From a candidate division WOR-3 bacterium (lineage in GTDB: Bacteria > Hydrothermota > 32-111): a stretch of 64,000 nucleotides of DNA. The notes beneath the pieces were generated by a model. It was not told the DNA's origin. It ran no database searches and worked only from the letters and a program-made list of their open reading frames with translations. The stretch spans positions 640,001 through 704,000 of the forward strand of contig JBDRZU010000001.1 of the NCBI GenBank assembly GCA_039804105.1, read 5' to 3'. Shown here in pieces: positions 19,031-27,923 of this stretch (its first letter is position 1; each line of letters opens with the position of its first letter). The position numbers and the translations under genes were made by a program.

Positions 19031-20266
19031 ATGCTTAACTTAAAGAAAAGTGTTGATTATTATAAATCTATAATAAAAAAATTAGAGAAAAATGCATATT
19101 TATATCTATTGGGAAATTTACTTTCAGGTTTTGGGTTTTCTGCTTTTTCACTTCTTTTTAACATCTATTTAAAAAGTTTAAATATAGGGGAATCGAGGAT
19201 CGGGAATCTTTTATCGATTGGAACATTCACAACAGCGATACTCATTTTACCAGCAGCGTATATCGTTAAAAGGACCGATATAAAGAAATTTTTAATTCTA
19301 TCACCACTTATAACTGCAATCGGTTATTTGATAGCTATTCAAAGTTCGACATTCACTGCCAGAATTCTGGGATTCATTCTTGCAGGTGTAGCAGGTGCTT
19401 TCACATCAGTTATCGGTGGTCCTTTTATTATGTCCGTTTCAGATGAACAAACGAGAACCTTTTTGTTTTCACTGAGTCAAGCAACAATGTTGACAGCAGG
19501 AATAAGTGGAAACCTGATATCAGGTTTTTTACCAAACATTATCAAAAGATTCAACTTTTCAGAAATTCAATCTTTAAAATATGCAATATTTTTCCATCTA
19601 TTCTTTGTTTTTTTATCATTATATTTTTTTTCAAAGATAAAAACAAAAAGGCTTTATACTTCAACTTTCAAAGATAAAGTCAAGTTTAACACAAATCTAA
19701 AAATTATCTTTTATTTAATTCTTCCACCTCTAATAATAGGTCTTGGTGCGGGAATGACTATCCCTTTTTTAAATATCTATTTTAAATCGATATTTCACCT
19801 TTCGTCATCTCAAATAGGAATAATCTTTTCGATAGCCCAGATGTTGACAATTTTAGGTTCTTTGATTTCACCTTTGATAGCCAAAAAATTGGGACTCATT
19901 AACACAATAATCATCACACAACTCGTTTCCATCCCCTTTCTTTTTTTCCTGGGATTCTCGTCTTACTTTCCGATTGTTCTATTATCATTCTTTTTAAGAA
20001 ACGCTTTAATGAATATGGCTTCACCACTTTCCTCAAATTTCTCTTTAGAAATAGTTGATAAAGAGGACAGGCCATTCATCAGTGGATTGCTTTCATTGGC
20101 ATGGCTTGCTTCGTGGGGACTCACGGCAAACTTTGGGGGTTATTTTATAGAAAAAAGTGGTTATAGAATTCCTTTTACTTTCACCATCTTATGTTACCTC
20201 ACATCTTCAATTCTTTACCTAATACTCTTAAAACCACTTGAAAAAAATTTTAAAATCTCAAAATAA
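19031..20266 (+). CDS. MFS transporter
   Basis: About 12 hydrophobic segments in two 6-TM halves; motif-A-like SPLIAKKLG. Confidence 0.85.
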   Translation: MLNLKKSVDYYKSIIKKLEKNAYLYLLGNLLSGFGFSAFSLLFNIYLKSLNIGESRIGNLLSIGTFTTAILILPAAYIVKRTDIKKFLILSPLITAIGYLIAIQSSTFTARILGFILAGVAGAFTSVIGGPFIMSVSDEQTRTFLFSLSQATMLTAGISGNLISGFLPNIIKRFNFSEIQSLKYAIFFHLFFVFLSLYFFSKIKTKRLYTSTFKDKVKFNTNLKIIFYLILPPLIIGLGAGMTIPFLNIYFKSIFHLSSSQIGIIFSIAQMLTILGSLISPLIAKKLGLINTIIITQLVSIPFLFFLGFSSYFPIVLLSFFLRNALMNMASPLSSNFSLEIVDKEDRPFISGLLSLAWLASWGLTANFGGYFIEKSGYRIPFTFTILCYLTSSILYLILLKPLEKNFKISK

Positions 20267-23200
20267 ATTTGATACCACTGTTGAAATTACCCTGTTCATC
20301 CCTTTCAGTAATAAAACTTGAATTTTTCCCAAATCTATATTCGATTTTGAACTGATCTTTAGAAAATGAAAATATATCATGTGTATATGAAAGGTATAAA
20401 TTCTTACCTATATATTTACCTACAGAAAGTTTTGCACTTTTTTCTTTTTCCAAAAGAGTTGTATTGAAATCAAGCTGATCAACACCTATTGATGATGATA
20501 TAAGATTCAAATATCTGTTTCTAAGATATATTTGTAGAGCTTTTTCTGGAAGAGTTCTTGTAAAATCACTAAAATTTGTAATATTGTTTAAGGTTGTGTT
20601 AAAACTCAAAACACTCAAAATATTTTCTATTGACATAGGTGGATCCGAACTCACTATTACTTGAGGATTTGAAGCGCTTCCTTTCACATTTATATTTATT
20701 TTAGCTTCTTTTCGTTCATCACCTTCACTGAACAACAAATCTGTACTCGCAAGAATATCCAAGAACGGATCAATGTCTTTTGAACTCTGTCTCAATGTAA
20801 AAATACCTCTTTCTATTAAAAACCTTTTTTCAAGATAAAAATATGTCCCTCTTATGACTTCAGCATTTCCTGTTATATTGTACTTTAAGTTTTCTTTTTT
20901 AAGATTAACTTCACCTTTCAGTTCAACATCAACAAAATTGTTCTTAAGCCATAAATTCCCTTCAGAAACGAATACAAGATCAAGGTTTGTTCTGTATTCT
21001 GATGGAGATGTTCCATTTCCCTGAGATCTTATAAAAAATGGGAAATTGGAAATACCTTCATTGATAAAAATTCTTCCTGTTGTGGTTACCTGTGTTTGAT
21101 CGCCAAATATTTTCAACGAACATTTGGCAAAAACATCAACATAATCTATACCATTTGAATGAACTCCATCAGCCAAAATATCAAAAGAGTAGCTATCCAG
21201 AGCCCAGTTTTTCTTTTTTACTTTTCCAGTAAGGTTTATCTTACCCTTTTCCGTGATTCCATTCAATTCTATGTCTTTTAGATAATTTCCATCACAAATA
21301 CCTTGTCCCGTAACATTTTTTACTTCTGTTCCAAGTTTTACTATATAGATATCTGAAGAGTCGACAAAGACCTTTCCATAGATCTGGGGATCAGATAAAG
21401 TCCCAGAAATTTTACCATCAAGTTGTAATCCTTTTTTTGTTTCAACTGTGAATATGTTTTTTAATGGAATAAAATATTTCCCATCAATATTATTCAATTT
21501 CACATTTAAATTCAATTCGGAATCAAAAATTTTTGAAAAATCTTTGATCAAAACTTCTCCAAACATATAGGAAACATTTTCATCGTTATACAAGTTGAAA
21601 TGGTTTAATCTTAAGAATTTGTTTTCAATTTCACAATTGAAATCAAGAGAATCAATTTTGAGTTCATAGTAATTAACATTTTTAATTTTTCCGTAAAAAT
21701 CAACACTTTTCTTGTTATCAGAAACAAGACCTTTTCCATATATTAAAGCGTCACCATATATTTCAAAACCAGTAAAATATTTTGTAAGTAAAAGATTTTT
21801 ATCCATAACTTCAAAGTTAAAAGTAACATTATTATTTGATTTCGTTAGATCAAGATGAACATATCCCTCTTTACCTTCAAGGGAAACACCTTTTATGATT
21901 AAATTATTTTTGGATATTTTTACATCAATCGGTTCCCTCAACTTTAAAAAATCAACATCAGTTTTGAGTTCAAGTTTATCGATATTACCAGAAAATTCAT
22001 CTTTGTTTTCTTTAAACTCACCGTTAAGTCCTAAACTAAGGGTTATTATCTCTGAAACAGCATCCAGGTCAAGGTAAACTTTCTCATTTTCCTTTTTTAC
22101 TTCAGCATATAGGATATCCAGATTTTTTTTAAAAATTTTTCCATTCAAAGCATAAAAACTACCAACAAGATTTTTCAAAGAATTATCGCCATAAACAAAT
22201 TTTGTATTTAAAGATAAAAAACTAATAAAATTATTATTAAAGTTAAAATCTTTTATCACAAATGAATTTTCACAAGAAAAATAATTCTTCTTACCTTCTA
22301 AATCTATATATCCATCTGCGAGTCCGCTTAGGGATATATCTTTATCAATCTCTGAAATAAAACTAACTGGGAATTTATCGAAGGTAACGGTTAACTTTTC
22401 TTTTTGTTTCCCCCATTTACCATCAACGGACATAACCCCTTCACTTAAATATAAATTAAGATTTTTTGCAATTATTTGATCTTTTTTTAAAGTTATAATT
22501 CCATTCAAAAGTAAACCATCAAACTCTCCATAAGAGCCTTTTATCGAATCGAAGTTTAAAGTCATATATGTTAAAAAATCTGTTTTCAAATTGATATTTC
22601 CATAAAATCTATTTTTTTTCAAATTCACATTACTTATAAAACTTTCAAGTGATAAAGAATCAAATTTTAATAAAAATTCCCCATTTAATTCTTCCTCAAA
22701 ATTAATGAAACCTTTTGCACTTAAACATAGATTTTTATCATTACATTCAAATTTTTTAAAGTTCAAAGTATCAAAACTGAAAAATACCTCACCCTTTAAA
22801 TCTTTAAATGAAAATTTATTGTAACCAATACGCTTTATATCAAAACTCATACTTGCATTATCAAGAGAAGGAGAGAAAAGACAACTTGCTAAAATTTCGC
22901 CATCAAAAGTGAATTTTTTTTTCTCAAATTCAAATTCCCCATTAAAAATTTTTGTTTCAAAATCTTTAACAAACAAAAAAGTGTCCTTTAGTATCAAACT
23001 GAATTTAGATTTGATGTTGTCTAAAATGACAGAATTATTGATAATTATAGAATCTTTTAAAAAATATGATATTTCTCCTTCAATTTCTTTAAGTTTAAAT
23101 GTATCAAAACTAAAATCAAAAAATTTATAATAAGCAAAAATCAGTTCCTTTTTCACACTTATTGAAGATAAAAGCTTTGAATTCGTAAAAGTGTTATCAT

Positions 23201-23675
23201 TATAAACAATTTTAAAATTCAAAATTTCAACATTGTTTATATCAATTGTTAAATTATTTTCAAAATGTGGTAACAAAAAGTTAAACTTAAAATTTTTAAT
23301 GTTCAATTTTTCTCTATTCTCAAACTTATAATTCTGTTGTCTATCATTTACTCTAACTGTAACATCTTCAACAAAAAATTTATTAACTATTAACCTTTTA
23401 AACAAAAAAGAGGATAAACTTAAAGATATGTTAATTTTTTTTATGGAAATTTTTACTTTTTCATTTTCGAATGTTAGATTTTTAAACTGAAATCTGTTGA
23501 GATTACCTCTTACATTAGAAATTTCACATTTTCCATTAAAAGATCTTGATACAAAACTTTCAATACCTGATTTTATCCAGCTGTTGAACACACCAAAATT
23601 TAAAAGAAGAATATATGTTATATAAAATAGGAGAAGAACAAAAAGCAAAACTAAAAGCCCTTTTCTTTTTTTCAT
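20250..23675 (-). CDS. tamB: TamB/AsmA-like translocation-assembly module protein (DUF490 C-terminus)
   Basis: N-terminal TM anchor, beta-rich body, C-terminal GSASNPQV.VSSDPP..ENILSVL and VGKYI.KNLY.SY; directly downstream of an Omp85 gene. Confidence 0.8.
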   Translation of the reverse strand: MKKRKGLLVLLFVLLLFYITYILLLNFGVFNSWIKSGIESFVSRSFNGKCEISNVRGNLNRFQFKNLTFENEKVKISIKKINISLSLSSFLFKRLIVNKFFVEDVTVRVNDRQQNYKFENREKLNIKNFKFNFLLPHFENNLTIDINNVEILNFKIVYNDNTFTNSKLLSSISVKKELIFAYYKFFDFSFDTFKLKEIEGEISYFLKDSIIINNSVILDNIKSKFSLILKDTFLFVKDFETKIFNGEFEFEKKKFTFDGEILASCLFSPSLDNASMSFDIKRIGYNKFSFKDLKGEVFFSFDTLNFKKFECNDKNLCLSAKGFINFEEELNGEFLLKFDSLSLESFISNVNLKKNRFYGNINLKTDFLTYMTLNFDSIKGSYGEFDGLLLNGIITLKKDQIIAKNLNLYLSEGVMSVDGKWGKQKEKLTVTFDKFPVSFISEIDKDISLSGLADGYIDLEGKKNYFSCENSFVIKDFNFNNNFISFLSLNTKFVYGDNSLKNLVGSFYALNGKIFKKNLDILYAEVKKENEKVYLDLDAVSEIITLSLGLNGEFKENKDEFSGNIDKLELKTDVDFLKLREPIDVKISKNNLIIKGVSLEGKEGYVHLDLTKSNNNVTFNFEVMDKNLLLTKYFTGFEIYGDALIYGKGLVSDNKKSVDFYGKIKNVNYYELKIDSLDFNCEIENKFLRLNHFNLYNDENVSYMFGEVLIKDFSKIFDSELNLNVKLNNIDGKYFIPLKNIFTVETKKGLQLDGKISGTLSDPQIYGKVFVDSSDIYIVKLGTEVKNVTGQGICDGNYLKDIELNGITEKGKINLTGKVKKKNWALDSYSFDILADGVHSNGIDYVDVFAKCSLKIFGDQTQVTTTGRIFINEGISNFPFFIRSQGNGTSPSEYRTNLDLVFVSEGNLWLKNNFVDVELKGEVNLKKENLKYNITGNAEVIRGTYFYLEKRFLIERGIFTLRQSSKDIDPFLDILASTDLLFSEGDERKEAKININVKGSASNPQVIVSSDPPMSIENILSVLSFNTTLNNITNFSDFTRTLPEKALQIYLRNRYLNLISSSIGVDQLDFNTTLLEKEKSAKLSVGKYIGKNLYLSYTHDIFSFSKDQFKIEYRFGKNSSFITERDEQGNFNSGIKFILRF

Positions 23676-25441
23676 TAGAATGGATTCCCTAAACTGAAAT
23701 AATATTTCATATCTTCTGCTACATTGAAAGGTTTTGCAACATCGAACCTCAATGTACCAAATACTGTATTATAAAAAATTCCTATTCCACCCGATAATAC
23801 AAAATCTTTTATGTTAAAATTAAAGTCAAAATATTTTTTTAACACCCCTGTGTCAAAAAAATAAATTATACCAAAGGATTTGTATGCTTTAACTCTTAAC
23901 TCATAATTAAGATTTATCAAAAAATTACCTGATCTCGTGCCAAGATCATTTAAAGGTCCTATAGAGTCCTGCTGGACACCTCGAACACTTGTAAGCCCAC
24001 CAAGAGTGAATTGTTCGTTTATAGATATACCTCTGTCATACGAAATCCCATAAGGGAGAATTACTCCTGTTCTTATTCTAAACATATTTACAAATTGTTC
24101 TTTATAGCCATAATAATTTGAATTTTCGTAAACAAATCTATAAAAATTGTTGTAACCTTTTAATAAACCTCCTGCGAGCTCAAACTTAACCATAGAATAA
24201 ACACCTCTTGTTGGGAATATAAATTCATCTCTTGAATCAAAATAAAAAATTATGTTAGTTGAATTTGTAGTTACTTTTTCATATCTATAACTTCTATCTT
24301 CAGAAAATGTATCGATGGTGCTGATCCTGTAAGACCAGTTGTTAGAAAATGAATATTGACCAAAAATTCTGCTTATACCAGTGTTAAAGACAAAATCCTT
24401 TTTAAGATAGAATGGGTTACTTTCAATGTTGAAACCTATCTGAGAATTGAAAGAATAAAAAGTACTGAAAAGATATGGGACTTTGTATCTTAATATTGAA
24501 TAAAACCATTTATCATACATCATAAATGGATCATTAACAAAAGAGGATGCAGCTGAACTTTCAAGTGAGAGTTTTTCAGAGTTGTTGAAAAGGTTGTCAT
24601 TCCCTATGCCCGTCGAAATTTTAAACTTGTTTGGAAATTGATATAGCATAGCTGATGAAATCCAATTTTTCTTTTTTTCTTCACCATAAAAAAAAACTTT
24701 GAGCGATTCTTTTTTCTCCTCAATCCCTTCTATCTTAAAGTTTAATGAATTGAAGAGATTTGAAGAATAAATCTTTCTCTGGAGATAATACATCTCTTCA
24801 GGGATATACTCTTTCCTTTTATAATGTTGAGTTTCCATTTCAAAAATTTTTTTTGTTGTTCTAAAACTTGATGAATCAAAATAAATATCCTTTATATAAG
24901 TTTTTTCTCCCTCCTCTACATTAACATACAAAGCAACTCTGTATCTATTTTCCTGTGGAACGAGTTCGTAATCAACTGATGCATAGATAAACCCTAATGA
25001 AGCGTACCTATCTATTATGCTTATCTGTTTCTGATAAATCTTACCTATATCGAGTGGAGAATTTTTTTTCAAATCAAGGATCGAAAGTATTTCAGAACTT
25101 TCAAGAACTTTGTTACCATACACTTTTACATCGGTTATCAAAGTTAAAAAACCTTCATTGAGTTTTATATATATATCAGCTTTATCAGAAACAACAACCA
25201 TTTCATATTTCTCAATATCAACATCGAGAAATCCATTAGATCTATAGAATGATATCAAAAGATTTTTTCTTTCATTGAAGGTAATTTTATCTATATTCCC
25301 ACCAACTTTTAATTTCATGACCTTCTTAATTTTTTCTTCAGAAAAATACAGGTTCCCTTCTATTTTTATGTTCTTTATTTTTTCTGAGAATATACTGATA
25401 AAAAAAGTTGATAAAAAAATTATCAGTACAACTTTTTTAAT
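23675..25441 (-). CDS. tamA: Omp85-family outer membrane protein TamA/BamA (POTRA domains plus beta-barrel); probable ATT start
   Basis: POTRA repeats (I.IEGN, Y.SNGF, VEEG), DSRDEFIFPTRG, FTLGG.TSVRG, G.LRFDVA, C-terminal F. The signal peptide begins at ATT 25441 (the ORF track starts at GTG 25522). Confidence 0.82.
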   Translation of the reverse strand: MKKVVLIIFLSTFFISIFSEKIKNIKIEGNLYFSEEKIKKVMKLKVGGNIDKITFNERKNLLISFYRSNGFLDVDIEKYEMVVVSDKADIYIKLNEGFLTLITDVKVYGNKVLESSEILSILDLKKNSPLDIGKIYQKQISIIDRYASLGFIYASVDYELVPQENRYRVALYVNVEEGEKTYIKDIYFDSSSFRTTKKIFEMETQHYKRKEYIPEEMYYLQRKIYSSNLFNSLNFKIEGIEEKKESLKVFFYGEEKKKNWISSAMLYQFPNKFKISTGIGNDNLFNNSEKLSLESSAASSFVNDPFMMYDKWFYSILRYKVPYLFSTFYSFNSQIGFNIESNPFYLKKDFVFNTGISRIFGQYSFSNNWSYRISTIDTFSEDRSYRYEKVTTNSTNIIFYFDSRDEFIFPTRGVYSMVKFELAGGLLKGYNNFYRFVYENSNYYGYKEQFVNMFRIRTGVILPYGISYDRGISINEQFTLGGLTSVRGVQQDSIGPLNDLGTRSGNFLINLNYELRVKAYKSFGIIYFFDTGVLKKYFDFNFNIKDFVLSGGIGIFYNTVFGTLRFDVAKPFNVAEDMKYYFSLGNPF

Positions 25442-26655
25442 TCTATCCCCCTGTAATAATGTTTTAAAATTTCCCTGTAATTCTTCCCCTGATTGGCCAT
25501 CTCCATAGCTCCATATTGACACATACCAACTCCATGGCCATAACCTTTTCCATAAATAAATATTTTATCATTCTTTTCTTCAAAATCAAACATTCTACTT
25601 TTTAAAAACCCACCTTGATATTCATCAAATGTAATGAGTTTTCTGATGCTCAAACCTTTTACAGCATATCTCTCTCCATAAATATCTAAAAGTTCAACTT
25701 CAACAACCCTTTTATGTTTATCATACTTTTTTATAGAAAATTTTGTAATCTGTAGATCCTTTTTAAAGATAGAAGAAGCATTTTTCGAAACCATTCTGTA
25801 AAAATAATCCTTTTCAAATTGATAACCCCAATTAGAATGCTTCGATTTATAACAATATGGTTTTCCATAACCGAATAAACAACTTTTTTGTGCATCTACA
25901 ACAGATCTTAAATAAGGAGAAGGTGTTCCCCCCCATTCGTCTTCATTGTTACTGGTAAAACCTCCGCATGTTGAATGATATTTTGCATCTATAGGAAAAC
26001 CTTTATACACAGCAACAATACCTCTTGTCATCTCAATTGCTAAATTCACCAAACTATCTTCAACAAGAACACCTCTATAAACCTGATCCTGAACACTTGA
26101 TTCAAGATCATAACCCATATCATAATTTTTATTCAACTTTCCAAAAGCATAAGTTCTTGCAGCAACCGCTTGTGCTTTCAATGCTTCAATCCTTTTTTTA
26201 TCAAGTTTTCCAATTTCTGCTGGCACAACACCCTTTAAATAATCTTCCATGTATAACCTATTGATCGGCAAAATAAAATTATCTACATCTTTGATCAAAA
26301 AAATTTCTCCTCTATATACCATTCCTTTATAAATAAGAAAACCATTTTTTTCGGTTGAAACAAATTTTAAAGGATAATATTTCAAAACGATTCTTTTTTT
26401 TCTGTTTATGTAAACCAGTGGATATTCATATCCAGAGTAAATAAAACATGTATCGTTTGGGTTAAGTTCTAAATCACCTTCCTGAGTGATCAGTTTGAAA
26501 TTTGATTTTGAAGTTATAAACGCTTCTTTAACTTTGTGTTCAAGAGCAATCCTTACAACTATCTCTTTATCATGGTCTATTAAAGCTTTTTTTGAACATC
26601 CAGTTAAAACAGTTAACAGGAAGAGAAAAAAAAATAGATTTCTTTTAAAACTCAT
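25423..26655 (-). CDS. SpoIID/LytB-domain lipoprotein (lytic transglycosylase-like)
   Basis: Lipobox LTGC, EDYLKGVVPAE, EALKAQAVAARTYA, DQVY, YHSTCGG, GYGHGVGMCQYGA, ILKHYY. Confidence 0.9.
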   Translation of the reverse strand: MSFKRNLFFFLFLLTVLTGCSKKALIDHDKEIVVRIALEHKVKEAFITSKSNFKLITQEGDLELNPNDTCFIYSGYEYPLVYINRKKRIVLKYYPLKFVSTEKNGFLIYKGMVYRGEIFLIKDVDNFILPINRLYMEDYLKGVVPAEIGKLDKKRIEALKAQAVAARTYAFGKLNKNYDMGYDLESSVQDQVYRGVLVEDSLVNLAIEMTRGIVAVYKGFPIDAKYHSTCGGFTSNNEDEWGGTPSPYLRSVVDAQKSCLFGYGKPYCYKSKHSNWGYQFEKDYFYRMVSKNASSIFKKDLQITKFSIKKYDKHKRVVEVELLDIYGERYAVKGLSIRKLITFDEYQGGFLKSRMFDFEEKNDKIFIYGKGYGHGVGMCQYGAMEMANQGKNYREILKHYYRGIELKKLY

Positions 26656-27914
26656 AAACTCTTAAATATTTCTCTACCAAATTTTATATAGTCCTTCAAA
26701 ATCGGTGGAAAATCAAAATCATTATCATTTTGATACTTTTCTATTATCGCTATAACCGTTCGTGGTGTTGCAAGACCTGACCCATTTAATGTATGAACAA
26801 AAATATTTTTTCCTTCTTTATTTTTAAATCTTATCCTTCCTCTCCTTGCTTGAAAATCAAGAAAATTACTAACAGAGGAAACTTCCAAAAATTCTTTTGA
26901 ACCTTCTGCCCAAACTTCAATATCGTAAGTTTTTGATGAAGCAAAAGATGTGTCAAAATCAGGTAGAAGTATCACTCTGTAAGAAAGACCGAGAAGCACA
27001 AGAACCTTTTCAGCTTCTTCAAGCATTTCAAGGTGAGCGATTTTAGAATCCTCTGGTTTTGTAAATCTAACAAGTTCAACTTTATTGAATTGGTGCAACC
27101 TTTTCAGACCTTTTGTATCTTTCCCATAAGAACCTGCTTCCCTTCGAAAGCACGCTGAATATGCAACAAATTTTTTCGGAAGATCATTTTCATTTAAAAT
27201 TTCATCTTTAAAAATGTTTGTTACAGGGACTTCGGCTGTTGGTATCAAAAAAAGTTCATCATCTTTTAATCTGTACATATCCTCTTCAAGTTTTGGCAAC
27301 TGACCAGTAGAAAAGAGTGTATCATAATTAACAAGAAAAGGAGGGAAAATTTCCTTATATTTATGTTTGACTGTATGTAGATCCAACATGAAATTAATTA
27401 GGACTCTTTCAAGGTATGCCGCTTTTCCAAAATAAAGTGGGAAATGGGAAGCTGAAATTTTCGCTCCCCTTTTAAAATCTATTCCTTCATCTGATTGAAC
27501 GATATCAAGATATGATAATTTTTTTTCTTCAAAATTCCCAAATTCTTTTACAACTTTAAAAGTCGCCTTTTCACCTGCGGGGACCTCTTCATCAACTATA
27601 TTTGGGATCCATTTTAAAAGGTTAAATTCTTCTTCTTCAGTTTTTTTCAATTCCTCTTCAAATTCTTTTATCTTTAAAGATATCTCTTTTCCTTTTTCAA
27701 GGAGGGGATTTATATCCCCTCCTTCCTTTCTTATAGAAGAAACTTTCAAACTGTTTTTATTTTTTTCCTCTCTTAAGAGGTTCAGGGAGTTTATTAGATC
27801 CTTTCTTTTATTTATAACTTTAAAAAGGTAGTCAAAGTCAACTTTACATTTTTTTGCTGCAGAACATTTTTCAACAAATTCTCTGTTCGATAATATAAAC
27901 TCCCTGTCAAGCAT
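26652..27914 (-). CDS. serS: Seryl-tRNA synthetase
   Basis: TGQLPK, LIPTAEVP, FRREAGSYG, RLHQFNKVE, DFQARR, HTLNGSGLA. Confidence 0.97.
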   Translation of the reverse strand: MLDREFILSNREFVEKCSAAKKCKVDFDYLFKVINKRKDLINSLNLLREEKNKNSLKVSSIRKEGGDINPLLEKGKEISLKIKEFEEELKKTEEEEFNLLKWIPNIVDEEVPAGEKATFKVVKEFGNFEEKKLSYLDIVQSDEGIDFKRGAKISASHFPLYFGKAAYLERVLINFMLDLHTVKHKYKEIFPPFLVNYDTLFSTGQLPKLEEDMYRLKDDELFLIPTAEVPVTNIFKDEILNENDLPKKFVAYSACFRREAGSYGKDTKGLKRLHQFNKVELVRFTKPEDSKIAHLEMLEEAEKVLVLLGLSYRVILLPDFDTSFASSKTYDIEVWAEGSKEFLEVSSVSNFLDFQARRGRIRFKNKEGKNIFVHTLNGSGLATPRTVIAIIEKYQNDNDFDFPPILKDYIKFGREIFKSL

Positions 27915-27923
27915 TCATACTCC

